In this document: positions 12,113 through 24,523 of the stretch, piece after piece
Numbering within the stretch: position 1 is the first letter of the stretch
Layout of the letters: the number at the start of each line of letters is the position of its first letter
Virus record (IMG/VR): IMGVR_UViG_3300031521_001337
Coordinates: 1-64,000 of that record
DNA length: 64,000 nucleotides
Reading direction: 5' to 3' (one strand)
The notes under the pieces: model-generated
What the model saw: only the letters and a program-made list of their open reading frames with translations
The model's database searches: none
What the model was told of the DNA's origin: nothing
Position numbers and translations under genes: made by a program

Positions 12113-12841
12113 TTATGCAGGTATTTGTCCAAGTGATTCTGCTACATATAATGAAGCTACTTGTGTTGAATAATTAGTCATATATATTTTATAACTTTTA
12201 TCTAATAGTGTTTCTGGAATTCTAATTGTCATTATAGTTTCAGTATCAAATAGATTTCTTGTTCCACCTATATCTCCACTATTTTGATTATCAACATATC
12301 ATATTGCTTTAGATTGAATATCTGATGGAATTGCAAACCATAAATAATCTGTATTATTAGAGTTGTAAGGAATGTTTAATGCTTCACTTGGATCTCCATA
12401 AACCATAGTTCCAGAATTAATCAATGATTGATTTTTACTTGGTTTAGTATTACTTACAACTTTACCTCAGAAATATGGAGGTGTATAAGGTTCTGGAATA
12501 ATACCACTAGGATCATCAACTGTAATTACATCTACATTATCGTATACACGTTGTCATGTATAAATAGTTTGTGGTGTATTTACATTTTTATAGAATTCAT
12601 TAGTTCTTTGCATTTCTTCTATAATCTTAGGATTGTTTCTAATTATATCTTTTCTAAATTTCTTTAGTTTTACTTGTACTGTTGAAGGTTCTCCTGATCA
12701 ACTTGCTCAATCAAATACTTCATCGACTACAATTAAAGCCATTATGTCATTTGATAATTTTTTATCATCTATAGCTAAATATTCAAGATTTCTCAAATAT
12801 TTAACTGTAGTTGATACTATTGATTGTTTAACTTCTTCCAT
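12113..12841 (-). CDS. Putative structural/tail protein, 242 aa, 5 TGA=Trp
   Basis: Open from MEEVKQSIV to TAA at 12113 under code 4; abuts both neighbours. Confidence 0.8.
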
Positions 12842-12842
12842 T

Positions 12843-13454
12843 TTATTTACAATTACAATCATTCAATACTCTTGAATTATCACTTCTTAGTCAAGGTGAT
12901 CAAGAGATAAATTGTTTCTTTATAATATCATAAAACATTTCAGCATCATCAAATCGTTCAAGTCTCATGGCTTCTAAATGAGCATATAAGAACATATAAT
13001 TTCTGATTAATGTTTGATAATCATTTGTTGTAATACATCTTGCATCTAAATTAAGTAAGTAATCTTTTAAAAGAATATATACTTTATTTACATCTGATGT
13101 TACTCCAATAACATCTGGTATAAGTGGTACTGGTAATGTTGGATTACCTGGTGTAGGTTCAATTCACTCTACTCCAAATTGCACATAAAATAATGTACTT
13201 GCCAAATTACCATCAACACCAGGTTCAATTTGAAATCCACTTAAAGCCTCAGTAGATATTCTCATAATTTCTTTTGTAGAAGTTCTTTGTAATAGATGTG
13301 ATACATCTCTTCAAAGATCATCTGTACTATTTATTGGTATAGCATCATATTTCTTAATAAATAGTTTATTAAATAAATAATTTGTTGGACACTCTACACT
13401 AAATTCTAGATATTTACTATCTGGTGAAATTCTTAGTAAGTTTATTTGAATCAT
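12843..13454 (-). CDS. crAss-type tail hub/fibre-attachment-like protein, 203 aa, 4 TGA=Trp
   Basis: MIQINLLRISPDSKYLEF... ending DCNCK; C-terminal CxC as in crAss-like tail proteins. Confidence 0.75.
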
Positions 13455-13459
13455 GATTA

Positions 13460-13690
13460 TTAGTCTTGTTTAGTTATTTTAGAAGTTAATCCCATTGCAC
13501 CACATGCTACTAACACGTATCCACAAACCTTAAAAATAATTGGAGCAACTCCATATTGTTGTAAATCTATAACTCCATTCATAACTAATATACCGAAGGC
13601 TGCACCTCCGAGTATAATAGATATATTAGTTATTTTTTTAAATATTGCTGGACTTTCTGTGGTCCATCTTTGTTTTAGTTCTTTAAACAT
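13460..13690 (-). CDS. Holin-like two-TM protein
   Basis: MFKELKQRWTTESPAIFKKI followed by two hydrophobic helices. Confidence 0.7.
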   Translation of the reverse strand: MFKELKQRWTTESPAIFKKITNISIILGGAAFGILVMNGVIDLQQYGVAPIIFKVCGYVLVACGAMGLTSKITKQD

Positions 13691-13700
13691 ATAAATAAGT

Positions 13701-15896
13701 TTAGCTGTTTCTAACTTCATCATTACGATGATTAGCATCTAATAATTGTGCTCCTTCAAGTTTGATTCTTGTTTTATCGTCTTCCAATTTAGCAGCATTA
13801 TATTCTGATAAATTTTTAGCTTCATACCATCCAAGTTCTTTATCGAATGATAATCTTTCTCTATCCATCTCCATTTTCTCTTGATTGTTTTTACCAACCT
13901 GAGCTTGTAGTTTTGAATTTTCTTGTTGAAGTTGTTTTAATTGTTGTTGTAATTGTTCGGATTGTTGTTGTAATTGTCCAAGTTGATCATTTTCTTTTTT
14001 CTTCTTAGCTAATGATAACTTAACATCTTCTTTCATTTTAGTTAAACCTTTCGATGTAATAATTTCAATTAATGTTTCTGGATCAACCAATCCTCCTTTT
14101 ACTAATTCCATTCCTAATTGTTTGATAGTTTCTTGTTCTTTCATAATTTCAGAACTATCACCAATATGAATATCATAATCAGTTGTTGTATAATGTTCAG
14201 GTAATGCTGTAAATATTTTATTTAATCTATCACCTAATATAAGTGACCCACTCATTCCTTTCTTATAAACAATTTTAGCAAGATTAAGAATATCAATTAA
14301 GATTTCTCTTGTTATTAAGTCCATAATTTGATAGTATTGTTTAGTAATATAAGAAGAATTTCTTACACCTACTGCAACATTTGTTACAGCATCTCGTTGT
14401 TCTATTCCACCTAATTTTTCTTTAAATACACCTGTAATCATTGAACAAGTATCTTCAATTCTTTGAATCGCTAAATCAAAAGCTTGTATAGTATTAAATT
14501 TTAATGTATCATCAAATCCATTCATAGCAGTATTAAGCATTTGACCTTCTTGTGAAGAATCGTATAATTTCATACCAGCTTTACCATAAGCTTTAAATTT
14601 CATTAATCTTTCAGCTAAATCTGCACCTAATACTTTAGGTAAGTGAGCTATATCAATTAAATCTCCCGCAGTACCTGATTCAGATATTACGTTATCTCTC
14701 ATAAAATTAATCAAGTCATATTTGTCTTGCAAATTCGCTGTCTTTAATACTAGAGAGAAAGGATCGCCATTTCTATCAGAATAGAACATACCATTTACTG
14801 TTAATGTACAATGTGTTTTATCATCTACACTTCTAACTACATCCTCACATTTACCTGTAGTAATATAAATATTAGTAGCTATACGTACACCTTCATAACG
14901 ATTAGTAATATATTTGTCATCTTCTTTTTCAGTCTTTAATCATTCAACTTCATATACTGGAAAAGTTCTAAAATATTTAGAAGTACTTCTTTCATAAGGT
15001 AATAGAGGAGTTATTTCAAATCCCCCAAGTATACCATCTGACATTGTATTTCCTGTAACTGAATCATAACTTCTAAGATAAGTTGTTGCTGATCCATCAT
15101 TAGCAAAATCTTGTAATGTATCTAATGATTCTAAATCATCAGGTTTTAATGAATCTCCATACTTTGCAAGTATTTGATCCTTAGTTAAATAATCTCTAAT
15201 TACAGAACGTGCCGAATCTTTAAGATAAGGTGATTCTGGATTTCTATCAATGAATGTATTTATTGGATTTAATACTCTAAGTTTTACATTTGATTTACTA
15301 ACTGATGGACATACTTTATAATAAGCTGTCGCACTAACTAATAAATCTGTTAGTAATATTTTTCTTTGATTTTCAAAATCAATTATTCGAGATTGCATTG
15401 TTCAATCAACTATATTTTGTCCTGCTATTTCATAGTTAGACATAAAATTTCTATCGAGTGATTCATGTAATTCTTGAAGTTCTAATTCAATTTGTTTATC
15501 AGGAGCATCTGATCCTATTGTAGAACTATATACAGCATTCTTTAAATGCTTATTTAATTCTTTAGCAATGTTATCATGTATGTGTAATTGTTTATCTCTA
15601 TCAATATTTGATAATGTTGTATGGTCTTTACAAGAAATTTTAGGAAGAACTGGCGTTGATAAGTATTCACCAATTAAAACATCTACGTGTTTTCTAACTA
15701 ATGGTACAAATTCAATTGATGTAGGAGTACCTATCCCATAATTTTCTTCTAAATGTCTGAATTGTTCAGGGTCTCTTTTACCATGATAATAGTTATAGGC
15801 TTTAATGATTTGGGTTTTTTCATAAACCAATTCATTAATAGCTCTATCTATATTATCCATTATATCTTTTTCTTTATCGTCAATTTGTTTATCCAT
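13701..15896 (-). CDS. Portal protein (crAss-like), 731 aa, 2 TGA=Trp
   Basis: Three in-frame track ORFs joined by TGA at 15402 and 14940; KAYNYYHGKRDPEQFRHLEENYGIGTPT, PVYEVE[W]LKT, GGIEQRDAVTNV. Confidence 0.93.
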
Positions 15897-15898
15897 TT

Positions 15899-16171
15899 TT
15901 ATTCTTCTCTTGTTTCAGAGTTTCTATATACTTTATATACTTCTTGTCTAACATAATTTCTAACTCTTAATTCTGTGTATACATAATTTAAGAATTCTTC
16001 GTCAGTTTCACAGTCTATAGCAAATGAGGTTTGCACCATGTAACTTGGAATACCTAAAACACACTTATAACCAGGATTGAGTTTATCAACTCTTATTAAT
16101 CCTGTATAGTCAGCTTTATATCAGCTCTTTATATAATCACGAATCGCTTGCGCTAATTCTAGCTCGTCCAT
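15899..16171 (-). CDS. Conserved crAss-like protein between terminase and portal, 90 aa, 1 TGA
   Basis: MDELELAQAIRDYIKS[W]YKADYTGLIRV...EEFLNYVYTELRVR. Confidence 0.8.
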
Positions 16172-18224
16172 CTCTATTGTCTTTTGCTGGTATTATACCA
16201 TGATGTTTATAACCTTTATTATCTGTTCACCAACCTATGTTTTGGAATCCTTTACCTTCTACTTCTTTTGCTTCAGGACGTTTAACTGACATTTCTTCAT
16301 CACCAAGTTCACACATTCCCATTGCAGCTACGATATCAAAGTCTTTCTTTCCTTCATCCGTATAATCTAATAATTGATCAACCATATCTTTAAACGCCAT
16401 TGTACGGGAGTAATCCAAAATGTAATCATATATTAATTCACGATAATGTAGAATAACTTTAACTGTTGCAGGAGTTCCATACATTTGACTATTACCTTTA
16501 GATACATCAGGCATTGTAGACCTTGGTCTTTTCATTAATAGATGTAAATATTTTTTATCTCTAAAATAAGTAATAATAGCTGTTCTTGTTGATTCTAATA
16601 CAGCTTGACATCCATAATAAGTTAATAGTTTTGCTGCTGCATCGTAAGCTTCTCTAGGATCTTTAGGTCTGTCTTTATACATTGCTACATAAACAGGATC
16701 AGATTGTCCGAACACTCTTTTCTTTATAACAATACAAAATTCAGATCCTTTACCATCAGCACTTGCTGAATCAGCAGTACCAATATCAATAGAGTCAATT
16801 CCACCTACGTATAAGTTTTTATAATCTGTCCCTAATTCGGACATTAAAGGATGTTCTATAATTTGGATTTTTCCATCTTGTGCATCCTCTCTTCATTTAA
16901 CCCCATCTGCTCTATCATCTCCATCTCGTTTTCATACAAGATGTCCTGAATGTATTGTAGGAGTTGATTTGTAAATTTCTATTTGTGCAAGTTGTTCTGC
17001 AAGTTCTTCTCTAGGAAATAAATTATCAGCATGTTGTATAAGAGCTTCTTCAATAGTAAAACAATACTCTGACTTAAATTCTAGTAAATCCTTTGGACTA
17101 TTAACTAATTTAATTCTTTCTTGTTCATACCAATCTTTAGCTTTTTCTAAATTACATCATCCTCGTTTATCAACTAAATCATAAACAACTCTATAAGCTG
17201 GAATAAATAATCCACTTAATATGTATCTACCATCTCTAGTATAATTATGTTTAACAGGTAAAATATTATATGCAGTTGGATCATTTGTCATTCTTTTAAG
17301 TCCTTCCATAGAACTAGCTTTAGATGATCCACCTGTACCAAATGCAATCTTTCTACCAACGCGTTTACCTCCAAGTACTGTTATTAATGCAGTACCTTTA
17401 ACTCATTTTTTCATCAAAACAGGATCTGCTCCTGCTTCTTCGTAAATTAGAATTTGTGTTCTATCACCCCTTAACTTATCGGGTTCATCACATACTAATC
17501 CTTCTACTTCTGACTTATGACTGTCTGGCGCTTCACCACCATCTTTATCTTTCTTAGATGCTCTTTTATGAGTCTTAGAATTTGCTACCATTCTAACCCT
17601 TTTGAAAGCTCCTTCTGTATTTTCATTTAATCAATCCATTTGAATCCATATCTTATCAAGTGTTGGTTTCAAATGCTTTTCTGAAAACGTAGAAACTACT
17701 GAACGAAAGTTAGGAATTGTTGTATATGGTCTAGTTATAAAACTAGAAGCCATTTCCGAGAATCCGATACCACGACTTTTAAGTACTGAAGTATCTTTCT
17801 TTAATTTTTCACACATTTCCAAGTAATGGAAATATTCGTATTGAAAAACAAGAAACTCAGGAAATCCATAAGATTGATTAATTGTTTCTGAATCAGAAGA
17901 TTTAAGGTTATAAAAATTAATGAAGAAATAATTATCTCCAGTTATACGATAACCATTGACTTCATATCCTTCATTACATCTACGTATTCTTTCTTTCCAT
18001 CAATCTCTATGAGTTTTAGAACCCATAGGTATAGATGATGGACTATATCTACCTGTTTTTAATTTGTTAATTGCATCTTCTCTAAATCAATCAGGATTAA
18101 AGTCTAATGCATCAACATCATTAATAGGGCGATATTTAGTCATAAAGAAAGATTTATAACTATCGAAATATTCAATTTTATCATCTGGACCAAAATCTCA
18201 TGTTATTCCATCAAGTATTTTCAT
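16116..18224 (-). CDS. terL: Terminase large subunit, 702 aa, about 10 TGA=Trp
   Basis: One frame: YRITGDNYFFINFY, LKSRGIGFSE (Walker A region), RGDRTQILIYEEAG (Walker B), YVGGIDSID nuclease motif, FDIVAAMGM. Confidence 0.95.
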
Positions 18225-19036
18225 ATAAAACCTCCCGCTGTTTTTCTTTTACCTTTAGCACATGCTGAAATATTAGCATGATTTATATTTAATTCTTTTT
18301 CTGCATCAGTTATACTAACAAATTCCTTAATAAAAATATTATCTTTTGAATATTGTATTATAGAAATAGTATGAATTCCTTTAGTTGATTGTTTTCCTCT
18401 TTTGCTTTTTTCTGGAATTATATTATCTTTAGAATCAATATAAAATTTTCAAATAAACCCACATGTTGTTAAATTCTTTCCTAAACAAACACTACCTATA
18501 TTTTTAGCACTATAACCTAGTTCTCTTTCAATAATTGCAGCACTTTCTCAAGTTTTTATATATTTTCCAGTTTTATCATATTGATTAACTTTTTTTGAAT
18601 AAGTTTTTTCAGAACTTCCAAATCTTGGATTTAATTCTCCTTTAAATTTTTCAGATTGATTCTTTTTCATATCATCAGTTCAACGATCTTTTTTCTTTTG
18701 AATTTGTTCTTCAGTTTCTTTTACTCCTAATCTATGTTGATTTCCACCACTACATATATTATATCCAGTTTTTACACAATCATATTTTGAAATATATTCA
18801 ATTTCTAATTCATTCAATCTATCTTGTAATTCTGATTTTAATTCGAAATCTATTACTTCTAATATACTATGTTCAAAATTATTAAAACCATATTTCTTAA
18901 TAGCATTAAATAGTTTTTTCTGATTTTTACAATTATGAAATGTTTTATATTCACTCAATCTTTTTTTCATGTTGACTGTTTGTCCAACATAACATTTACC
19001 ACTTGGTGATATTAATTTATATATAAATCCTTTCAT
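18203..19036 (-). CDS. GIY-YIG homing endonuclease with NUMOD1 repeats, 4 TGA=Trp
   Basis: GFIYKL...CYVGQT; read-through gives TTCGFI[W]KF and TAGGFI[W]KY. Confidence 0.88.
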
Positions 19037-19038
19037 AA

Positions 19039-19614
19039 TTAATCGAATAATCCAATTTCAGTATTACCTCTTACGTTACTTTCAATTTCTAATCCTTTCT
19101 TAACTTGAACTTGTAATTCACGTAAAGTAGATATTAAATCTTTACAGCCTTTAATCTCAGCAATTAAGTCTTTACTTTTAAAGATTGGTTTTCCCGTAAT
19201 AGGATCTCTTTCTTGTAAATCTACATTACTTAAATAAAATATTTGATTATCAACAGCATTCATTGCCGCCTTTAATAATTTTATGTCTAATGATGAATTT
19301 TGGATTTCATCATATTTTTGACACGCCATTCTAAATTTAGGATCGTCAAACTCTTCGTCTGACAATCCTGAATCTTTCATAGCCTCTGCATGTTTATCTT
19401 GTTCTGTATATTGAAAATAAGGACTTTCTCAATCAAAGAACAGATATATAAATTTAAATTCTTTAAATGCTCTCAACCGTTTTTTACCCGTTTTGTCGGC
19501 ACTACTTTTATTTCTATTATCTTCTAACAAAGCTTCAAATTCCTTTATTAAAAGTATACTTGTGTCTTCGAGAGATACATTTCCATTTACATTATCATAT
19601 ACAAAAAATTTCAT
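19039..19614 (-). CDS. Conserved crAss-like protein upstream of terL (possible small terminase), 1 TGA
   Basis: Two track ORFs fused: YLFFD[W]ESPYFQYTEQDKHAEAMKDSGL. Confidence 0.8.
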
Positions 19615-19619
19615 AATTT

Positions 19620-20807
19620 TTATTTTTTAGGAGAAAAAGATTTTTTTACCTTTTCAGATTTATTTGCTGGACCTTGTACAGAGTAGTCAGCTCCATCATC
19701 AGGAACTTTTTTACCATTTACAATTGGCAATTTATTTTTTTTGGGTGCTGGTGCTGTAATTCCAGTTTGTCCTTTTTTAATTCTTGCTGGAGCTTTTGCA
19801 GATCCATCAGGATTTGTTGGCACAGTACTTGAATTAGCTCCACTTTGAGAATTCATTTTTGGTAATTTACTAGTTGCAGAAGCAGCAGTATTAATAGATG
19901 CTTTAACTTTACCACCAACTTGTTTCTTAGCTAATTTTTTTCCACATTTAGCGGTTTCTATTTCAACAGATTTATTTTCTGTTGTAATTCTTTTAGGAGC
20001 TTTAGAACCATTCTTAGCAACTATTGCTGATTTAGGACTTAGATCTCCACCATTTTGGCATTTCATTTTACCACCTTTTTTAAATGAATCTAATATACTT
20101 TGAATAGATCCTAAATTTTCTTTCATGTTGTTTGATTTTTTATTGTTTATTATTCCACCATTTTGTTTTTTAGGAAATCCATTAGCATCAAAGCCAGATT
20201 TTCCTTTATTTTTTTGACGAGTTAAAGCAGAAGCAGTTGCATCAAATTTTTTATCATATTGATTTTTTAAATCTCCAGAACTTGTATAACTATCCATTGA
20301 TAAATGTGCTAAATTTTCAGATAATTCATCTGTACTATCTTTAGTTGCAATAGCAGGACGTGATTTAATTCTTTCTTTATTTTTTGCTATAGTTGTTGCA
20401 TCATTTTTTAATGGTATAACATTTCCACCTTTTTGATGTTTAATTTTACCTCCACATTTACAAGCACATTTAGATGACATTTTACCACCTTCTTCTTTAA
20501 CAGTAACCATATTACAACCACATCCACATTTCATAGATTTTAGTTTTTTAATTTTGGCTCCTTTTGCAGCATATTGCGCTTGATTTTCTTGAGGTTGTTC
20601 TTGAGAGTATTGTTGATCGAGTGCATCTCAATCTTCATCTGCAAGTTGTCCAGCAGCCTGGCTAATCTGATCTATATCTTCTGGACTATCCTGTATTACA
20701 GTTTGTCATTCATCAGAAGATAAATTTCCGTATTTCTCTGGATTTATTTGTTTAGAATAAGTGTAAGCGAAATACGGAAATAATTCTTGTTTCTTTTCGT
20801 CGGTCAT
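19620..20807 (-). CDS. Basic low-complexity crAss-like virion/cargo protein, 2 TGA
   Basis: Extends upstream to MTDEKKQELF; AAKGAKI and K-x-Q-x-GG repeats. Confidence 0.7.
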
Positions 20808-20823
20808 TTTAATTGTTTAGTGA

Positions 20824-21420
20824 TTATAATTTAATGTAATTTAGAAAATTAGGATTAACTAATCTTCTTTGAAGAGTGTTATATTTTATTCCTAATAACT
20901 CTGATGCTTCTTTTAAAGAATCATAGTTAATTCCATCTATATTTATTTTAGTAGTATGTCCTTGTTTAGTTCTATTTTTTGCAGATTCTGATAATTTTTG
21001 TTTATGTTCATCTGTTAAAGTTTTACCTTTTTGAGAATTTTTTATATTTTCACAATGTTCTTTAGATTTTTTAATACCTATTGTAGAATTACTAATTTTA
21101 AGTTTAGTTTCAATAGAATGATTAAAACCTAATGTACTTCCTGCAATTTTTAAAATATTATATTCAGGATTCATTGTATTAATATAATATTGTTCTCTAT
21201 CTAATAGAATTTCTTTCATACATTCACATTCTTCAATAATAGTAAATATAAAAGATTCTTTTCCATATTTATTATATGAATTTTGAAGATGTTGATTTAT
21301 ATGTTTATTATGTTTTAATTTAGAAAAATGCATACATTTTCTATACTCTAAATTATTAGAACTTCCAATATAACATTTATTGTTATTTATATTTCTAATT
21401 AAATATATTCCAGATCTCAT
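20824..21420 (-). CDS. GIY-YIG homing endonuclease (NUMOD3)
   Basis: SGIYLIRN...CYIGSS; HSIETKLKIS repeats. Confidence 0.9.
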   Translation of the reverse strand: MRSGIYLIRNINNNKCYIGSSNNLEYRKCMHFSKLKHNKHINQHLQNSYNKYGKESFIFTIIEECECMKEILLDREQYYINTMNPEYNILKIAGSTLGFNHSIETKLKISNSTIGIKKSKEHCENIKNSQKGKTLTDEHKQKLSESAKNRTKQGHTTKINIDGINYDSLKEASELLGIKYNTLQRRLVNPNFLNYIKL

Positions 21421-21659
21421 TATTGTATTTTCAAAAGATCTTTAGTATTAAAAGTATCTTTTACAATCTCCCCAGTTGTTGTGAATCACATACATTGAAT
21501 TCCTTGGAAGAAATCATTCTTTACATCAGAAGTTCTAATAGTTTTAGTAACTTTTTTTACCACAATCATAGTGGGTTTATTTGGTACATCTTGTCTAAGA
21601 CTTACTACATCTCCAGGTAGGAAAAACTGCTTATCGTTGTTTCGTTGTTCATTAATCAT
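21420..21659 (-). CDS. DUF2158/YodC-like small protein, 1 TGA
   Basis: FLPGDVVSL...PTMIV...GIQCM[W]FTTTGEIVKDTFNTKDL. Confidence 0.75.
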
Positions 21660-21720
21660 AGTGTTTCTTTTTGCATTATTACAAATTGTAATCATTCATT
21701 ATTATACATAATTGTATAGT

Positions 21721-22077
21721 TTAATTGTTTTTAAATCTTTCTTTTAACCCTTCATTTATAATACACATAACACCAGGTTCGTGTGTTAGTATAAAACCCC
21801 TTCCCATAAAAGGAATTGGTGTAGTTGTATGCGCATTATAAAATACATCATCTCCAACTTTTACTTGTTTACAATCTTTTCCAACTTCTAAAACTATTCC
21901 ACATTTAATATGTGATGTTAGTTGTTCAACTTCTCCACTATCAGGATTTTGAAACTCTCCATTAGTTAATTGTAGTCCACCAGCAGATACTACTTGCAAA
22001 TAAGGATTAACAGCATAAGGCTGTACAAATATATTTAATCCAAGGGGCATAATTTCTTTTTCCATAATCATTGTCAT
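21721..22077 (-). CDS. groES: GroES-like co-chaperonin
   Basis: PLGLNIFVQP, GIVLEVG, VKVGDDVFY; adjacent to groEL. Confidence 0.75.
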   Translation of the reverse strand: MTMIMEKEIMPLGLNIFVQPYAVNPYLQVVSAGGLQLTNGEFQNPDSGEVEQLTSHIKCGIVLEVGKDCKQVKVGDDVFYNAHTTTPIPFMGRGFILTHEPGVMCIINEGLKERFKNN

Positions 22078-22080
22078 TTT

Positions 22081-23529
22081 TTAATTTATATTTAATATTG
22101 TGCATCCATTAGTTAAGATCAGTGATGCTACTGATACTGCATTTTCTAAAGCTATCTTTGTTACTAGGAAAGGATCTACGATTCCCATTTCATACATGTC
22201 TCCAATTTGTCTAGTCTTATAGTCTTTACCTTCCCAGAAATTGAAAATATCTATACCATCTGCTTTATTCTCAGATAGTATTAAATTAGGCATTACCAAT
22301 ACTTTACTTAAATATTTTAAGTCTAAAAGTTTAGCAGCTCTAAGTAATGAGAAACCTCCACCAGGTAATATACCATCTGTCATAGCAGCTCTAACCGCAC
22401 AAATAGCATCTTCTAATCTATCTTTCTTTTCTTGTATTTCAACTTGAGAATATCCACCAACAAATATAGTAGCTATACCACCAATATAATTAGCTAATCT
22501 CTTTCTTTGAAACGTCATTTCAAACTCAGTTGTACTACAACTAAGTGTATTTTTTACTTCTAATATTTTAGCATCAATAACCGATTGGTTAGATTCACAT
22601 CCTATTAGATATGTAGTATCTTTTGATACTATAATTTTTTCACAAACTGAAGTAGAAGCAATACATTCGATATCATCAAGTAAAGTTTCTCTATAGATAC
22701 CATGTCCGGGTGAACTAATAAAACAAGACTTTAGATTTCCTGTATTATTATTATGTACTAGAGTTCTTAGTATTGTGGATTCCATTTTTGGAGCAATAAT
22801 AAGAAGTGCTTTCTTTTCTCTCATAGCTCTACTACATACTTCGTCAATATCTTTAATCTCAGTTAAAGGTATTCTAAAAACTGCAATTAATACATTTTCT
22901 AGTTCACATGTACTCTTAGTTGTATTAACAAAGTATGGTGAGTTATATCCTGATTCAATTTTAACTCCTTGTGAAAACACAACTGAATTATGTGTATCTT
23001 GTGAATCTTCTATAGTTACTACTCCATCTTTTGTAACTTTAAAATAAGTTTCAGCTACAAGTTTACCAAGTTCAATATCATTATTTGTAGATACTGTGGC
23101 AACTTTAATTAAGTCTTCTACACTTGTGATTGTTCTTTTATTCTTTTCCAAATATTCTATAACTTGTTTGAGTTCTTTATCTAACTCTCTACTTATAGCA
23201 ATTGGATTTTCAGTCTTATCTTTTAAAGTATTAACTAAAGTTTGAGCAAGAATAGTTGCAGTGGTTGTACCATCTCCAACATCAGTTGCTGTTTTAGTTG
23301 CAATACCTTTTATAAGTTCAATACCTGTACTAATAAATGGATCATCATCGTTTACATATTTTGCAACGGTTGCTCCATCCTTTGTTATATACACTCCTGA
23401 GAGTCCTTTGATTATAACATTTTTTCCATTAGGTCCGAATGTTGTTGACACAGCATCGCCTATTAAATTCACTCCTTCAATTAAGATGTCTTTTGCATCT
23501 CCATTAAATAAAACATTTTTCATTATCAT
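22081..23529 (-). CDS. groEL: GroEL-like chaperonin (short, 482 aa)
   Basis: TFGPNGKNV, ITKDGATVA, GDGTTTAT, EKKDRLEDA, GILPGGG, GIVDP. Confidence 0.93.
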   Translation of the reverse strand: MIMKNVLFNGDAKDILIEGVNLIGDAVSTTFGPNGKNVIIKGLSGVYITKDGATVAKYVNDDDPFISTGIELIKGIATKTATDVGDGTTTATILAQTLVNTLKDKTENPIAISRELDKELKQVIEYLEKNKRTITSVEDLIKVATVSTNNDIELGKLVAETYFKVTKDGVVTIEDSQDTHNSVVFSQGVKIESGYNSPYFVNTTKSTCELENVLIAVFRIPLTEIKDIDEVCSRAMREKKALLIIAPKMESTILRTLVHNNNTGNLKSCFISSPGHGIYRETLLDDIECIASTSVCEKIIVSKDTTYLIGCESNQSVIDAKILEVKNTLSCSTTEFEMTFQRKRLANYIGGIATIFVGGYSQVEIQEKKDRLEDAICAVRAAMTDGILPGGGFSLLRAAKLLDLKYLSKVLVMPNLILSENKADGIDIFNFWEGKDYKTRQIGDMYEMGIVDPFLVTKIALENAVSVASLILTNGCTILNIN

Positions 23530-23542
23530 TACATTTTCATTG

Positions 23543-23818
23543 TTATCATTTGCCTAAAGGGCAGTGTGCATCTGGTACTCGTGTCTTGGATCTAAGGATA
23601 CATCCGCATCCATTCTTAAATCCTGGTTTATCTGTTGTAGAAACTTCATTTGTTTCCGGATTTACATATAATTCAGAATTACATGTTTCTCCAAACAAAC
23701 TATCATTATATAACAATTTACATTGTTTACAATGAATCATTCGTTTGGTGTGTGTTTCTGCTTCTTTATTCATTAGTTCATTGAAGAACCCTTGTGCTAC
23801 TTTATTGATAATAGACAT
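23543..23818 (-). CDS. Cys-rich small protein; terminal TGA=Trp then TAA
   Basis: CxxC, GCGC, CPLGK[W]; TGA-TAA tandem restores the family CPxGKW ending. Confidence 0.8.
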
Positions 23819-24249
23819 AATATAAATCCTATTGCACTACTAATACCCATAAATAATGGAGTTCTTGCAGCTTGTTTTTTATATTTAGTTTTTAAGACTT
23901 CTTGAGATTTTCCCCATTTGTCTGCTTTATTAAACTCTGTAACAGTATAACCTATAATAGAATCTTTTTCTATTACTATATTTTTAAAGTTATCTAATTT
24001 TTTATTTTTTTCAATAATTATAGAATCCTTTATTTTAGATTGTTGTATTTCGATGTTATATAACTCTCGAGTTTCTTCCAATCCAGTAACATATAATCTA
24101 ACGTTAGTCAAATCAGTTTTTGTGTAATTGTAAGTAATAATAGTATCAGGATTACTTTTTCATACTGTTCACTTTGGTGACGATTGAGTCCATCCAACGA
24201 GCGTGCTCATAAGCAGAAGCACTGTTAATACTTTTAATTTTCTTATCAT
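23797..24249 (-). CDS. Secreted/membrane protein, spanin-like, 2 TGA
   Basis: Read-through adds signal peptide MIRKLKVLTVLLLMSTLVGW; C-terminal TM; overlaps upstream gene. Confidence 0.6.
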
Positions 24250-24523
24250 AGTACATTAATATTATTGGTTTTATATCTCCAAGAGAATCATTCTTTTTCT
24301 CTAGTACTCATATAGTGCTATCTGCTTTTCTGTTCAATAATTCATATGCTTTTATTTTCTTATTACAACTGTCAACCTTTAATTGTTCAATCTTATAATT
24401 ATTATCTAAGACTTTGTATTTGTCGTTCTGTATTGAGAATGCTATACACACCAATAGGAATACAAAAATTCCGACGGCTATTTTAAAATACAATTTTTTC
24501 TCTGGATTTTTTAAATTCTTCAT
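24152..24523 (-). CDS. TM plus coiled-coil protein, i-spanin-like, 1 TGA
   Basis: N-terminal TM; KADSTI[W]VLEKKND continues to TAA at 24152. Confidence 0.6.

Noticed and set aside
8500-19614. Fragmented terminase, portal and tail genes as pseudogenes of a decayed prophage
   Set aside because: Every interruption is an in-frame TGA at a Trp position, with no frameshifts or TAA/TAG, and a cognate suppressor tRNA is present.
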